Source of the DNA: Lingula anatina
Lineage: Eukaryota; Animalia; Brachiopoda
Direction: 5' to 3'
DNA: 64,000 bases
Assembly (NCBI GenBank): GCA_051362555.1
Contig: CM120640.1
Coordinates: 67,930,788-67,994,787, forward strand
The notes beneath the pieces are model-generated. The model was given only the letters and a program-made list of their open reading frames with translations, made no database searches and was not told where the DNA came from. Shown here one piece after another: positions 13,701 to 28,400 of the stretch (positions within the stretch are counted from its first letter, which is position 1; every line of letters starts with the position of its first letter). A program made the translations under genes and the position numbers.

Positions 13701-16700
13701 GGTCTCTTGTCGTTAAATTTAAAAGAGTTTCCAATTGCATAATCATATTTTAATTAATGATGGGGGTAATGTAAGCGTGTCGACTATTAATAACGAGGGT
13801 GTGATGATGGATGGGGCTGGCCGGGGGTCGACCATTGTTTTTAAATATACTGTAGAAACACGGGATAGCTATTGGAGTGTAACTGATCCGCTGTGTTTTC
13901 CCCCGAGTCTATCGATCTGGCCCGGGGATCGATGCCCCGTGCCAGGCAGCGCCTCGCGGGATGAGAGCCCAGACTGTTTGTGGACGGGGGGCTACTGCCT
14001 TAATTGGCCCCTGCCGTCAGCCGCCTTCCCACGGGGGATCAGTGTCTGATGGTTTGTTGACACAGCCAGTTTGGGTGCTTTACCGGCGCAAGGTACAACG
14101 TAAACCAAAAGAAACAATTTCAATTGACCATGGTGAAAAAGAAATTAAATCTATGGAGAAATTCGCACGGAAAATCAAATATAGAATGAGTCAAGCTTTT
14201 GATGAAATGGGGACAATCAGCTAGCAAACGGATAATTGTGACTTCAATAACAACGATGTTTAAGAATGCGTTCCGGTGAATCTACGAAATTATGCAGCTG
14301 TCTGCGAGCTCAAATCAGACTGTTGGACTCTAATCGTGCTCGGAAAAGCAGAAAATTTGTTGACGTTTCTTGTTTCAATTACCTAAAAGGTGGGCATTTT
14401 TGGGCAGTCACGTGACATGCAGGTGTGGAACCAGAGAGCAGGGTTCCGCAGGAGCGTGTTGTATGTGCGAGTTATTGCACGTGGAGGCCTATGGGGAAGG
14501 GGTTTGTTGCAAGTGACCGAACCTTTGCCAGGGGTGTTTACAGTGCTCACCTGAACTATAGAAACGCACTGCAGGTCGAGTTTGTCTGATTATCAATCTA
14601 AACATTGAACTCTTTTCTGTAAATTTCGGCATTTGCGAATAGTGCGACCTGGACCTTGTTGTGCTTATTTAGGAACTAAATATGTAATAAAGTGTAGTAA
14701 TAACATAATATTATCCTAATTTGTCACCCGTTCACTCTACTATTACAAACCGGGTGCCGCTTTCTTTGTGAGTCACTGCTGTCGGTTTGAGAGCTCCACC
14801 TCGTCGCTGATCCCAGCTTTATGAAGTGAAAGAACGAGTAGCATCTCAAATCAACTGTGCCATAATGAAGCAACGCTTACAAAGCGTTAGAAAATGACAT
14901 ACAATTATCAATTACGCTAGATTAAATCTTTTTTCATGTCCTTGCCACACCGAACGTTGCTTGATATGCACTGGAAGTAAACAAACCATGGGTCCGGGAC
15001 TCGCAGTACAACTGTGGCATGTTTTCAAAACATTCAGTGTATGAAGTATTTTATCATTTACTTTCCGTGAATGTCTTTTAAATGTTTTCCAAACTTTGAT
15101 AGTCTTGCCTGCTACTTCTTATCCGCCACGACAGGCAAACGAATACGAATAAAGTAATGTTTAAATAAAGCTAAGTAAGAAATAATTAAGAGGCTTGATA
15201 TCCTAGAGTTCATTACATTTTATCAGCAGTATTTTACTGAGACACGCAGGTATTCCCGTCCAATACAGAGGGTTATTAAACATTTATCGAAAACCGAAAT
15301 GAAGATTTAAAATGCATATATATATGCACGATCAGTTTCGTTTTCCAATCTTTCGTTTTGAAGAAGTGTTAATATTGACCAAATTTAATGACAAAGTTAA
15401 GTTGTCACCTGTTTTCTTCAGTCAGACCGTTTGGGGGCGCGTTGACACCTGAATTAAGTTAACTTCCTTAATTCTTTCACCAATTAATGCGATTAATGCA
15501 ACCACAAGTCACAGGTATGGCCACGTTTCTTTAAGACAAAATATTTCTCTCAATTCATTATGCATTCAGAGCTTATAATATAAGACATCCTTGACTAAGA
15601 GTGCGTCTGAGACCACCCCCAATGCTTGCGACAATTTGATAGACTTTACATTCCAGTAGTGGCCATAAAACACGCGCGTCCACTAAAGAACGAAACTGTC
15701 AATGAAGATCGCATTTCTGTCATATCCGGCGTGCCTGTTATATGTGACTTGTTACTATAATTAACCAAGAATTGAAAATGAAAAGGTAAGGTTTAGTAGT
15801 TCGGAAATGCTTGCAAGGCGTTTCATCAGATACTACAATGGCATATCACCCTTTAAAATGTCGTGGTAACTTAACGTTACTGGAAGCTGTAGACATGCAG
15901 CTATCAATCACAGTGTGTTATTTACCTACCTGAAGCTGCGCCGTCAGATCTCAGCACTATAAAGTGATTGGCGGTCTTTTTGTGTTCGTCTGCTTCAAAT
16001 GAAGAGGAAACAACTGAATCACACTATTTAGTAATCGGACAGTTTTGACTTCGGAAGTTCGATTTCGTCATCTCTTTATGTATTTGAAATTCCTGCACTC
16101 ATTAGTGGTGGCCGTTCTATTCATTTGCTACCATTATCATAACATAAATAAAACGCCTAATGGAAATTTCCGACTCGTAATCAAACGTAAAACAGGACCG
16201 ACCGATTTCAGCGTGTTGTGTGTGGGTGATAGGGAAAAAGATAACCGTTTGAAATCTTTACAACATCATTGTATTTTTGAAAGTTCGGGGAAAACGTCTT
16301 TAAAACAATTTTAAAAGATAATAAGGTAACTCACCTCTGAAATTCAAGCCAAATTCAAATATTCACAGCTTATGTAACCGAACAGTTTTTACATTGTAAT
16401 TTTGAATCCTAAACAGTAGCTCCGAAATGCGCCTGCGCTGTAATTCATGGTTCCGAGTCAAGAATTCATTCACACAATTTAATTGTCCACACAAATATAT
16501 ATATATAACTGAACCGTACTTCAGTAGTATCGCACTAAGAAAAAAGTAACTTGAAATAGTAAAAGGTAGAGATTTGTTAGAATTTTTTCATTGAAAAAAA
16601 TCACTGTTCGTCTTTAAACGATTAAACGACGCGTTTCCATAGAAATACGCAGGGCTTTGATCTTATTTGGTTAAATCATACACCGAGATTTTCACCATAT

Positions 16701-19700
16701 AAACCCATTTATCGATTAGCATTACTATTCGTACGATAACAAACCGGTCATAAAATCCAGATATCCAGAAATTATTCTCTGAACAAGGTTATTTGAAAAA
16801 AAAAATTCTTCCTGCATGGCACGTCCTTCGTCAGTTCTGTTTTATTTAATCAACCTGTTAAATCGTGACACGAAAGGGGATTTACCTTAATCTTTCCTGT
16901 TGCATTAATAAACAAATGAAATGGTGTCTTGAAATAGGTTATCTAGTAAGATAATGAGCTTTATACCTTTCGTAACAATGCACCATCCTCCCCTTGTTTC
17001 CTTGTGCAGGAATATCCAAATCGGACATGGGGAGACGCTGTTCTAAATGTCTGACTTTTACGTACCGGCGTGAAGCCACAAGAACATCGCTTGTTAATAA
17101 TGTCATGTTCCAATCGACTGTGTCACCTGACTGTGGAATCTTAACAAATTCCGAACTTATCAAAAACCCGTGAAATGTCTGGATAAGGGAAAGCGGGCAC
17201 CTTATCGCTTCACCCACAAAATTTTGTACTCGTTGACAACACAGTGACAATATATACATCTACTTGTATTGTGATACGGTTAAAGATTAATTAATAAGAT
17301 TTGAATTGTGACATAAACTGACACTTCCAGTTCATCATTCTACTCATAGATGATAAAACTCTTCAGATACTTTGACATTTGTATTAATAATCCTTATCAT
17401 AGGTAACAGCGCCACCTGATTACGTAGTAAGCTTTGCACCCTAGATTCGGTTCTAAACTGACAGTATTAGGGAAAAAGGCATAACTTAAGTTTCATTCAA
17501 AATGAAAGGTTTCTTCTTCTACCAGTGTAATGCTTTTGAAACTGTTTAAAAAATTTCACTCAATGAAAGTTTTTTTCTTTTTACGGTGTATTTCTATCGG
17601 CACTGTTTTTACACACTTAAAAGTGTCAAATGTAAAAAAGTGCTATGGCGAAAGTTGCATGTTACGTCTTTAACTTTTAAACAGTGGGTCCAGTCTTCCC
17701 AATAGTTTAAATAAACATGTTGAAAATCGATTATAACCAAGTCTGCATCTAGCCAAAAAGTTACGTTTTAGCATTTGTATAAATGCACGATATCCCGAGT
17801 CTTTCTGCGAAGTTTTTTTTAGGAAAATGTTTATATTTATTTCAATGTGTAAAGCTTGAGTGTGTATCCGGTGTCACTGGTAGTGTTTCTAAGGGGTGTT
17901 TTACCCACCCGTTTATAGTAAACTGCAGCCAAATATCCATGTCTGCTGAGTATGTTGTCACTTTGGTTTCCATGGTGACGTTTTGAACCTAGCGGATGTT
18001 AAGTTGTTGCCGCCCTGACTCTTGTTTAATGTTGTTAAGTGTTGTTAGCGCTGTTACCTGTACCACGAGCAGTAGGAGCATTCCTAGCCCTCAGCTGTTT
18101 AGTATCTTGCTGTTAAGGTGCAGCATATATTATTGTGTATTAGCGGGCTTCACATATTTTTCTAAAATCCGTGACAACCGTGCCGGAATTTTTCTTAATG
18201 GCACATTTCCATTCATACTTTATGGTGGGAAACGTCGTAGTGTTCTGAGTTGGTATTACTCAATAATGTGCATTTTCTTCTTTAGCATAAAATTACAATT
18301 TCTATTTTTGTCTCCATTCAAAATGAAGAATGGTTTAAGTACGATTTGAGGGATCAGGGGCATGTTATGTTTGAGTGTTATGTTACATCTATTTAGTGCA
18401 CTGTTTTATTTTTAGCTTTATTAGACTTATTAGTGTCTCACGAAAAACCGTTTAATATCAGTAGCAAGTTTTATAAAATAATGTTCCTTCAAGTTCGCTT
18501 TGCACAATTTGTCAAAATCATTTATTTATGTTACTCTGTTTTCTGTGAGCACATTTTGTGTCCTGCTATTTTCGTGACATGACCAAAGACAAAGTCAGCC
18601 GCGTTCCTCCTCAGTTTTGCCTCCACAAATGACAACCCATACCTTTATTTTGTTGACTAAAAAGTGATTTGTCATTTTTATTATGGGGTCTCTTCTATAA
18701 TTAAAGACGCCGAAGTAACCTGTGTGTAGACACAGTGCGACTTGATTAAAAACAACCCGTAATCTCTGACACTTCACACTTGAAATCAATGGTGTCAGTG
18801 AGTAGAAAAACTGACCGATCCATACCGACACAAACACACACTTCAAAGGAAGTGTGACTCTTTTTGTTGTCGTATGAATGAACCACGATATGTGTTTATA
18901 AAGGAAGCAACAACGAAATTAGCGTTCACCCCTCGAACCTGCCAATTCCACTAGGTTATTCGATATAGACGTGATGTTTAACAATATTGGAAGATGGCGT
19001 TCTTTAAGCAAAATACATGTGCGGATTTATTTATGAATCGAAAAAAAAATCGTTCGCTACTACTGATATTCATCAGTTCTCATTTTTTTCAGATACATGA
19101 CTGCCCCAACAGAATCATTCTACTTATGACTCTAGTTATTTCGTCTTCGGTCAGAATTAAAATAAAACCTATGAGAAAACAAAATAAGAAAAGACTGGTT
19201 ATACATTTGTGCGATAGGTCTGTAAGGGGTTTATAGTTGTTTCAATGAACCCCTTTCCATTCTTGTTTTTGGTCAGAATTGCGTCCATTCCTTTATTGAT
19301 TAAACATTCTGTATGCTCACTCTACAACAACTTTAATTTTCTCGCAGTGACATACATCTGATTGTAGAGATAATATTGTGGCCGTATAAATAAGTCATAA
19401 AATGTATATTAAAGCATTCCGAACTTGGTATTTTTCCGGAGGCAAAAACAGTAAACCAACGCTATCATGCCATCTGGCGAGCATGACAAAAGCGCTCGAG
19501 AGGGCTCGGGAGTTCCTCAAGTTTCACTTTCAAGTGGAGTACATTCTTTCCTTTGTCAACAGTATGATCTTTAAATGAAGTAAAAACACAGAGTATATCT
19601 TCATTGTAAAGATAAATGGTAACTTATTCAATGGTGGCAATCCAGGGGAGCAAGTCTATCCCGAAGTCAACTTGAAGAAGGAAACTCATAGAAGGTACTA

Positions 19701-22162
19701 AAGGACTAGTTCTTGACCAAATTCTGGACAGGACCTCCTAGTTTGCGTCACCAAATTCACTGGGCTTATGACAGCTGCAGTCTCCAGTGTTTGGCATACG
19801 ACTCGCCAAATAAAGCCAGACATGACAGTTATCATTGATAGTATGCGCGGAATCTTGGCTATGCAAATACAATTACATATACAGAAAAAAGCGACCCGTA
19901 GTTGCGTTGGTCTCTGGTTCCTGTGGTTAGACTAAAGCAGGATAAGATACGAGCGAAAAGCAAAAACTTCATCTTTGATAACAGTGTTGATGGTTATATA
20001 AATTCGTGTTTCGTGTTTTTAAGTAGATTTCCTTTCTTTATTTCATTTTTATTTTATTTTATCTTATTTGTAAATTTCCTTTCTTTATTTCATTTTTATT
20101 TTATTTTATCTTATTTCATTTCTGGATCGGTGAAATGTTTTCACAGCTCCGATGACGCACTTTTTCATATCATTAGAACGCATGATCGACCCAACTGCAT
20201 AGCAATTCATTAGAAACATTTTTCATCGAATTATTAGACCTATTGTATTCTCTATATGTCAGTAGATCGTTTGATCGATCCCACTTTATTGCTAAGCATT
20301 TGTTTTTTGTCTGTGAATTATCCATCAATCTGCCACTTTTTCTAATTTGGGACGGGCAACAATGACATTAATCTTGGCCCAGTAAAAGCAGACAAAGTAC
20401 TTAAAATAATTCCATTAATGGCAATCTGTATAGTTATGACATCAGCAACACACCATAGAGTTACTGGACCTAAATTCTTAAGAACGTGTTCTCTTACTGC
20501 CCTTTTTGAACGAGGTTTAGTTTATCAATAATAATCAGTATGTCTCGTGATTAAGCAAATATCTTTGACAACAATATCTATGTACATACCCCCTCTTATC
20601 ACTTTGGAGTAACTGTTTCGGACCCATTTTTAGATTTTCAAGTGACTCGTATGTAAAACAACGTTTATTTATGGTATCATTTGCCAACAAGTGCGCATAC
20701 CTCACACAGACAATACTAATTGCGGAAGTAAACACACAGGCGCACTACTGCACGTAAAACCTATCAAAAATCGTGATGACGGATAAGAACGATAAATTTG
20801 CTCTCACGTTGGGCGATAATTATTGTCCGATGAACTAAATGAACGTGATAGTGATTGTGTACTCCTGTGTGCTCATCCCTGTGAATACACCGGCGACTGC
20901 GGATCCACGTAGGCTATGGGATATCCTGAGCGGTTGAGTGCTACGCGTGTCGGAGTACGAGGCAAACACAGTATATTTGCCCACATGCCCGTAGTTCCTT
21001 CGTGAATTCTATCGTGTTGAAATTAAAGAGGAAACATGCACGGACAGAGATATTGAGATTTACAAATCATAACGCTGTACCATCCCTTATCCTAACACGG
21101 ATGTTAACGCTCGCTTTTATGTTTTAAAAACATATCTCCAGCTTTCCTAATGTTGAAAGTAATGAGCATCCACTGGGAATAAATTGAGAAAAAATAAATT
21201 GGAAATAAATGAAGATTATATTACAAAAAAAAACATAAAAAGTAGCCTACCCCAGGCATCAAAATTACGTTCCAAAATGAAGCACAAATTTACTGAAATC
21301 CGCTTTAGCTGTTCGATATCAAGAATGGACATAGCAATTTATTGTTTTAACAATAGCTAAAATACACAGAAATGACCAAATGAAATTTACACCACGCTGT
21401 TGACTGATCATTTACAGGATGCGGCCTGTCGTCAGAGGAAAACTGGCTTCGTTTACCCATCTAAGGACACACGGTGATTCGTTTATAGTAATGATGGTTA
21501 AAATGTCGTGAACTTTACATAAACCGCGTTCGAACTTTCTTAACCTTTGTTAGAAAAAAACAACTAATATTTTTCTCGTGACCGCTGTTTGCTGAAGCAA
21601 ATGTAACTATCTGCTTAAAGCAGATCACAACGCTAAATGTACATGACCAATGATTAGACTTTGACCACGTTGTTTTCATTTAGATAATCTTATACATATA
21701 TATACATCTACAGACAGTAAAAAAAAGTATTTTCTGATAATGATACATCATATCAGTTATCATCGGTGTGTAAAACAGGCAGTGGAATTATTTTTAAATA
21801 GGCCCGGAACATGCGGAAGATGAGATAGCGTTTACCTAAAACTTGCTAAAAGGGAGGTTACAAAATGGGACGTGATCTAAAAACACTTCTTACAACGTAT
21901 TTCCGGATGGATAAAAATCCAGCCTTAAGATTTTAGTTTGTATTCACTATAATTCAACAAAATTTCAGTTGTTCCTAATTAATGTTACCTCTGTAACATA
22001 AAAGTTATGATTCAATAGCATAGCTTCCATGGAAAATTCAGTAGAAAACTCTAGGGCAAATATACATGCATAGTTAGAATTAAACGTATTCTTGCCTCCT
22101 TTATAATGATCTTCTTTTAGACTGCCGCTTCCTTTATCTAGGTTATTTAAAAAGGCAGGTTA

Positions 22163-22204
<42 letters not shown>
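22163..22204. repeat. (AAT)n microsatellite
   Basis: About 14 perfect AAT units seen directly. Confidence 0.95.
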
Positions 22205-22205
<1 letters not shown>

Positions 22206-24430
22206 CAAGTGCTTATTTTAAGCTCATACTCATTTACTTTTATATCTGTAAATAAAAATAAACCTTTTCAATACAAAATATTGTATATTGAAAAATGATT
22301 TTAATGCTACTCAAAAATTTTTGCCTATATTTGTTACTTGAGTCCTGCTATCTTAATTGTTTCTCTAAAATTTGTGTCAAATATTGGTTTGCTATGTATT
22401 CATAATTAAAAAAAATTGTCATGAAAATATACACAAAATTTATATATATTTTTTCCATCATTTTAATGATGACCATTTTTTTACGAAGAAAAGCACAGCA
22501 AAATTAAAGATTTCTTACGCTTCAATTATTCAAGCTATAAATATTTATATTAAATTTATAAAGTCAAATAGTCCCCGTTGTCAGGAGCTACGAATAATGT
22601 CACATTTAGGGCGTATTCCACGGCAAGGCAGCACCAGGGTTTTTGAGTGGCGTGATTCAACCAGCCTGAACCACAAGGCCCCAGCGCAGGTGTGCCTTTT
22701 GTTGTCTGTGGCTGGCAGGTAATTGGTAACACATTAGAGCGCGTATCAAAGAAGAAAAGCGTTTCCACTTTTGTGGTTTCGCATGATCTTTTAATTCGAC
22801 TGATTACACTACGTTTGAATCGCAAAGAGACGTCGATCTGCAGTCATTCCGTTAGTTGAGGTTAGAAATTTGAATATTTCAATGTGAGCATGTCGGCCAT
22901 TGTCAAACGTATGGCGTAACACCTTTGTTTTCAGGGATCAGTGTAGACGCTGTGAAACCATGGCCCCGTTCCCTGCAGCCGTGGTGTATTTTCATGCTAT
23001 TGATTGGATATCAAACTCGTTGACGCGACGCCCTCGAGTTGCCACTGGATCACAGCGGTCTCCAACACAATGGTTGTGAATTTTTTAAAATCTCAACTGA
23101 CGCATTGCCTAGGCGTCACCGTCACAACTATTCTGAATTTCTGTATCATTCTGGTCAACGTGGAAATTTCGGGACATTTTACTTAAATTAGAGATGAACT
23201 TTAGTAAATTATTTACTGTTTACAAACAGACAACACATTACTAATTAAAGGACACTGGAAACATTTTGTTTCTCTGTGAAGCACAATGTTATGTTTCACA
23301 TTGATGCATGTAGTAGACATCTCTTATAACAGTGGCCTTTTAAAACACTTTTTTTGCTGCAAAATCATATATATAATATGTATATAATCTACAACAACAT
23401 CAATCATACCAGCTTCTAGTTCCCTTAATTTTCATGATGCTAACAGCTGCATGAGCTCCAGGCAGTTCAGGTATTTAGAATTATCCACAGCTGTGCACTA
23501 GAAACATGGAAGCAATTTCTAATTATTGTCACACAAGTCTATTTCTAAAGGTATCTTCAACAGATTTTCTTCAAAAGAAATTTTCTCTAATGAAACATTA
23601 ATTGTTTGAGGCATCCCAGTACTTAGACAAATCAAGCAATGATATTTTAAATGTATATTAAAAATATATAAATGAACAAATAGTAATAGTTTCATAAAAT
23701 TGAAATCATGATTAAATAGGAGAAAAATGCCAAATTGTAAATAATATTATTTTGTTGAAATATAGAATTTTAATGAATGGGAAACATTAAACAGAGAATG
23801 ATTTTTAGGAACATGGGAAATAAAAGGGATAAGTGAAGAATAAAAGCAGACTCTGAAGGTCCTAATTTGTCTTCAGCAATTCACTCCTTTCACCTTTTAT
23901 TTTATTTTTTAAATATTCAGTTTTTGATCAATTGGACAACCATGGTAAAAAATTGTCCAAGAGAATTTAGGGAAAAAGACATGTTTTAGAGGATACTTAG
24001 TGATTCATGATGACACAGAATTTAAAGATTCTTCACAACTAATGAATATCATGAACTACTAAAACCCAGCCATACTCATATGCTAGTGCACTGGACAGTG
24101 CGTGAGATTTTTGTTGTTACAAATCTTCATATTAAGCGACTGGTGCTTCTATTAATTTACAAAATAATTCTTTTAACTAAAAAATGCACATCCTTCCTCA
24201 AACATTTTGTGGGACATGAAAGCTGAGACAGGCGTGTGGCTCACCACTCGGTTAATTCAAAGTGGCAAAGTAAAGTTTTTAATAACATATTCATCATAAC
24301 ATGTAAAGTTTTTGGCATACTTAACTCAAGTTTGAGATGGCCGATAAATACTATCGGGTCACTGAGGTTAGAAAACTCATACTGTTTATATCAGCTCATG
24401 TTAGAATTAGTACTGTCCCATGCATTATTT

Positions 24431-24433
<3 letters not shown>

Positions 24434-24500
<67 letters not shown>
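24434..24500. repeat. (TA)n microsatellite
   Basis: About 33 perfect AT units seen directly. Confidence 0.95.
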
Positions 24501-24501
<1 letters not shown>

Positions 24502-24599
24502 TGTTTCCATGCATTATTTATCATATAATTATAATTTAAAATCTTGCTACATCTACAGAATGCCAATTCTGGACATTAAAAGATGAATACTATTGTTTA

Positions 24600-25425
24600 A
24601 GTATATCACAGCTTTATACAATCGGTCCAGTTTTTGTCAACTCGGTCTGAGATTCACTCTACTTTCACTTTCAGTTTTAAAGAAAGATGCATGTAAATAC
24701 TATTAAAGGACCTGTCAAGTCCGTCATTATGTTCACCAATTATAATTTTAAGCCCTTACGCTTGACACAGGTGCATTATTATCGAAGCACGTTAGCAATT
24801 GCAACAGAAAAATAAAGACCGCAATGTCTTGGCAGAAAAGGAATCGAGAGTAATCAATCAGTTATTAGCATAAAAATAACACTTGTGTGTTTCCGGAAAT
24901 GCAGACCCACAGACAGACATTTGCATGCCGGGAGATAATTGGACTTGTTAATAAAAAAATAGCACACATTTAACTTTTTATTATATAATGCTACTTAACA
25001 GATACATAGCAAAGCTTTGTAATTTGTGGAAATCATAAAATCTTTGAAAATGGCACAAATGTGCTTTCTTATGGCATATTCTATTTTTAGAAAATATCCG
25101 TCCGCGTTCATCTTAAAATGTCTCTGTCATTTACAAAACTTGAACCAACACTGAAGCTATTAAAACAAATCTGTAGTGTTTGAATCTGTCTAAGATGCTA
25201 TTGTCATGTCAGCCAGTACTGTGAGTGTCATTCTAAATGAGTGCTATTTTATGAAGCGATTTATTTTCGCGGATGAACTAGGGGTTGTTTGGCACTTGTG
25301 GATGAGCAAGGGAATTTTATTGTGGAAGCGGACTTGACAGAACTTGTCAGATACAGACGTTCAAACGGGGGTTTACAGCCTTGAAGTTAGATATTTTTTT
25401 CGAAATACTCTGACTGATAGTAGGT
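24600..25425 (+). promoter_or_regulatory. Probable STK38 promoter and first non-coding exon
   Basis: Local CpG retention between CpG-depleted flanks, an ETS-like CCGGAAAT at ~24893 and a candidate donor TAG|GTATGA near 25423. The first coding exon has an acceptor upstream of its ATG, so a 5' UTR exon must exist upstream. Confidence 0.45.
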
Positions 25426-28400
25426 ATGACAATTCCATTTGATTAAGTGATCAGTTCTTTGAGTGGAGTTGTGTGTTATGTACCTACGATACAGCATTTG
25501 GTTGAATGAAAAAAGTGCAAAATCGATGATAATTTCAGTTTGGTATGTTGTCTAGTATTGGTATCATTGTCATACCTTTAAACTGATTATGTTACAAGTT
25601 GCAACATGGGCTAAATTTGTGTCAGTTCTCTCTCAGTAATTGTACATGTGTCTTTATCCTTATTGCCAAAATATTGCTTTTTACAAGGTTCAATACTGTA
25701 GTAAATGAAATTTTTCTTTTAAAAAGTATTACCATATTGCTTTAGTTGAATAATATGTGTGTGCATGGAATAAATTAGATATATTGTCTTTTTCAAGCTT
25801 TTATTATCATATTGATTCCTTTGGTGGCTTGGATAACTGTTCAATCCCTGTCAGTCATGTTTTATATAATAGTCAAAAGTAGTATACCAGATGGTGAGAC
25901 GTGCCATATCCCTCTGATCAAGGGATGTTATCAGGTGCTCAGTATATATTGGCTGCTGCACTAATCTGTATTGCATTTTATATTTGGTTTTGGGCAATCT
26001 TATTAGAGGTAAAAAATAACTGGGGGCAATTCTCTAAATACAGAAAACCTGAAATATTCTCTAAATTTAAGTTATTAATGCCTGTTAAGTTCAACTTGTA
26101 CGATAGGCATAAACTAAGCTTCTCGTCAAGTGGCTGAGTGCTTTGATATTTTGGTATTTTTCTTATCAGGTGGTGAAAAATGGTGCAAAAGTTAGACCTG
26201 ACTCGGGACATAATGTCTTGTATGTACTGAATCAATGCCTTGCAAAGCCTATGGTGTTATTTGCACTCCAATTTTCAGTGTTTCAGAAGAAAATGAGTGA
26301 AGACAGTTGAATAAATTCTTTGCCTCAAGCTGTATAGCCTAGCGGTTTTGATCACTTAAGATGATACACATACTATCACAATTATTACATCCTGAAATAT
26401 GTCAGTTTTTATTCTTACAAATTTCCATTCCAGTGAGACAGTATGATAGCAGTAGAAGTACACTGTGATGTACTTGAATGCTGTGGCTTTGCAGTGACCC
26501 TTATTTGTCAGTTGAGTTTAAGACTGCCTCCAGCTTTATTAGTTTAAAATCTATTGGAAACCCTGCCCTGGCAGATTGAAGAATTCTAAATTTTGATATC
26601 TTACACATATATATCAGTAATGATAAAATGTCAACCAAAACATATCATGCCCTATATTGTGTTATGATATACAGCAGACTAAGTCAAATCTAAGCCATGT
26701 ATACCTCTTTAAAAATCATAATTATAACTTAGTTGTAACTTACATTTGATAAGCTGATAAAAACATGGGAAATGTTAGTGAGTCAAACTTGGTTGGTATA
26801 AGTGAGCATTAAAAGTACCCTAAAATGCACCCTCGCTGCCATGAAATGGTATCATTTCGCACTTAGACTCGATTGCATTGAGACAATGCACATTAACTTT
26901 TTGCAGCGAGTGTAATATGCTTAATAGGTGCGAGACATGAAAAAATATCATAATTGCTGCATTATGGTTCTTTTTCTACCTTGCATACAACAACAGACTT
27001 TTTATATTGTATTACAGGTAAACCTTTACTTAGACCAAACTTTGCATGATTTTTTCTGTATCCCACATAGGACCAGCAAGAAGGCCATTGGCAAAAAGGC
27101 TCTTTGATTATAAATTTATCCTGTAACAGTGTAAAATCTTGTAGTTTTAGCTTTATTTGTGTTGTAAGTGTGTCATTTTCTCAGCCTTTGGTAAAACTGT
27201 CATGAATGTGGTCTTTATATGCTTGAAGAGAGCAGGTGTTTTGACCTAGGTGTTTGGATGTGAAATTCACCTTCTTAGGCTATTTATTAAAGTTCCTGTA
27301 TGTGTGACCTATTCCCCCTTAGTGAGTGTTAGGGAAGACAAAATTATACCTTTAGAATACTATAGATGAAACACTGTTATGCACTTGAGTGATATTTTGT
27401 TATTAAACCACAGTAATGAGAATGCAAGTAAAAAACAAGATTTAGAAGAAGTAGAAAAATACCAGCACTACCAATTAGATGAATGAAAAGATGGTGTTGT
27501 GATGTAGCAAAATCTTTTGGATATGTTAAGAAAAACCATAAAGATATGATGATCATATTTGAATATATGTATACATCCTATTTTTATGTTGCCACTAGTA
27601 AATTATGGTATTTTTCCCTGCTTTAATTAAAATGGAAGTTAACAATTACAGTTAAGTGCGAATTTAATTAGTGTATTAGTAAAACCATGGATTTTGTGGT
27701 GCTCATTGTTTCCAAGCTCTACAGCCAACATTTGGGGTCACCTCACCAAGAATGTTGTTATGCTTGCCAGCTGATGTTCCATAGCGTGTGCAAACATTAA
27801 GAACAATGACAAGAATTGGAATTCTATTGCCAAGGCAATATAATCTATACAGTCAACAATTGACAAACTAAATATGGGAGGTAATATTGCTCCTGCTCTC
27901 ACTTTATACTGTATAATAAACATCTGTTGGGATAATATATTCATATGCACGAGAATAAAGATAAATCTAAACATAGGTATTTTGATAACTGTTGGGTTAA
28001 TTAAAATAGCAGTATATTAAATAGTCCAATAAAATAAGATCAACCACTGTTAAAGTTATAAAACTTTCATGTCAGACTATAAAATTGTCATCAATGAGAC
28101 GGTATGTCTGCCACAGCTTTTAAAATGCTTTTGAGCAGTGGTACAGAATATTTTAAATTGATACAGTAATTAAAAGAATGCCACACCTGCAAGGGGAATA
28201 TGAAAATGTAGTTTATTTGCATAAACAGTGTTGACCAGAATTATAACAAAAGTTATCACATTTTTAATCTGCTCTACATGCCTTGTTCGCCATGAACTTT
28301 TGTCAGTCAGTTTATGCGTCCGTCCAAATAAATGAGTGTGATTATGAAATGCTGGTGGACACGGATATAGAAGATGGTAAAGATAATCAGGTTTGTGGTC

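Noticed and set aside
24236-24586. ORFs with poly-IY runs
   Set aside because: Artefact of the (TA)n microsatellite.
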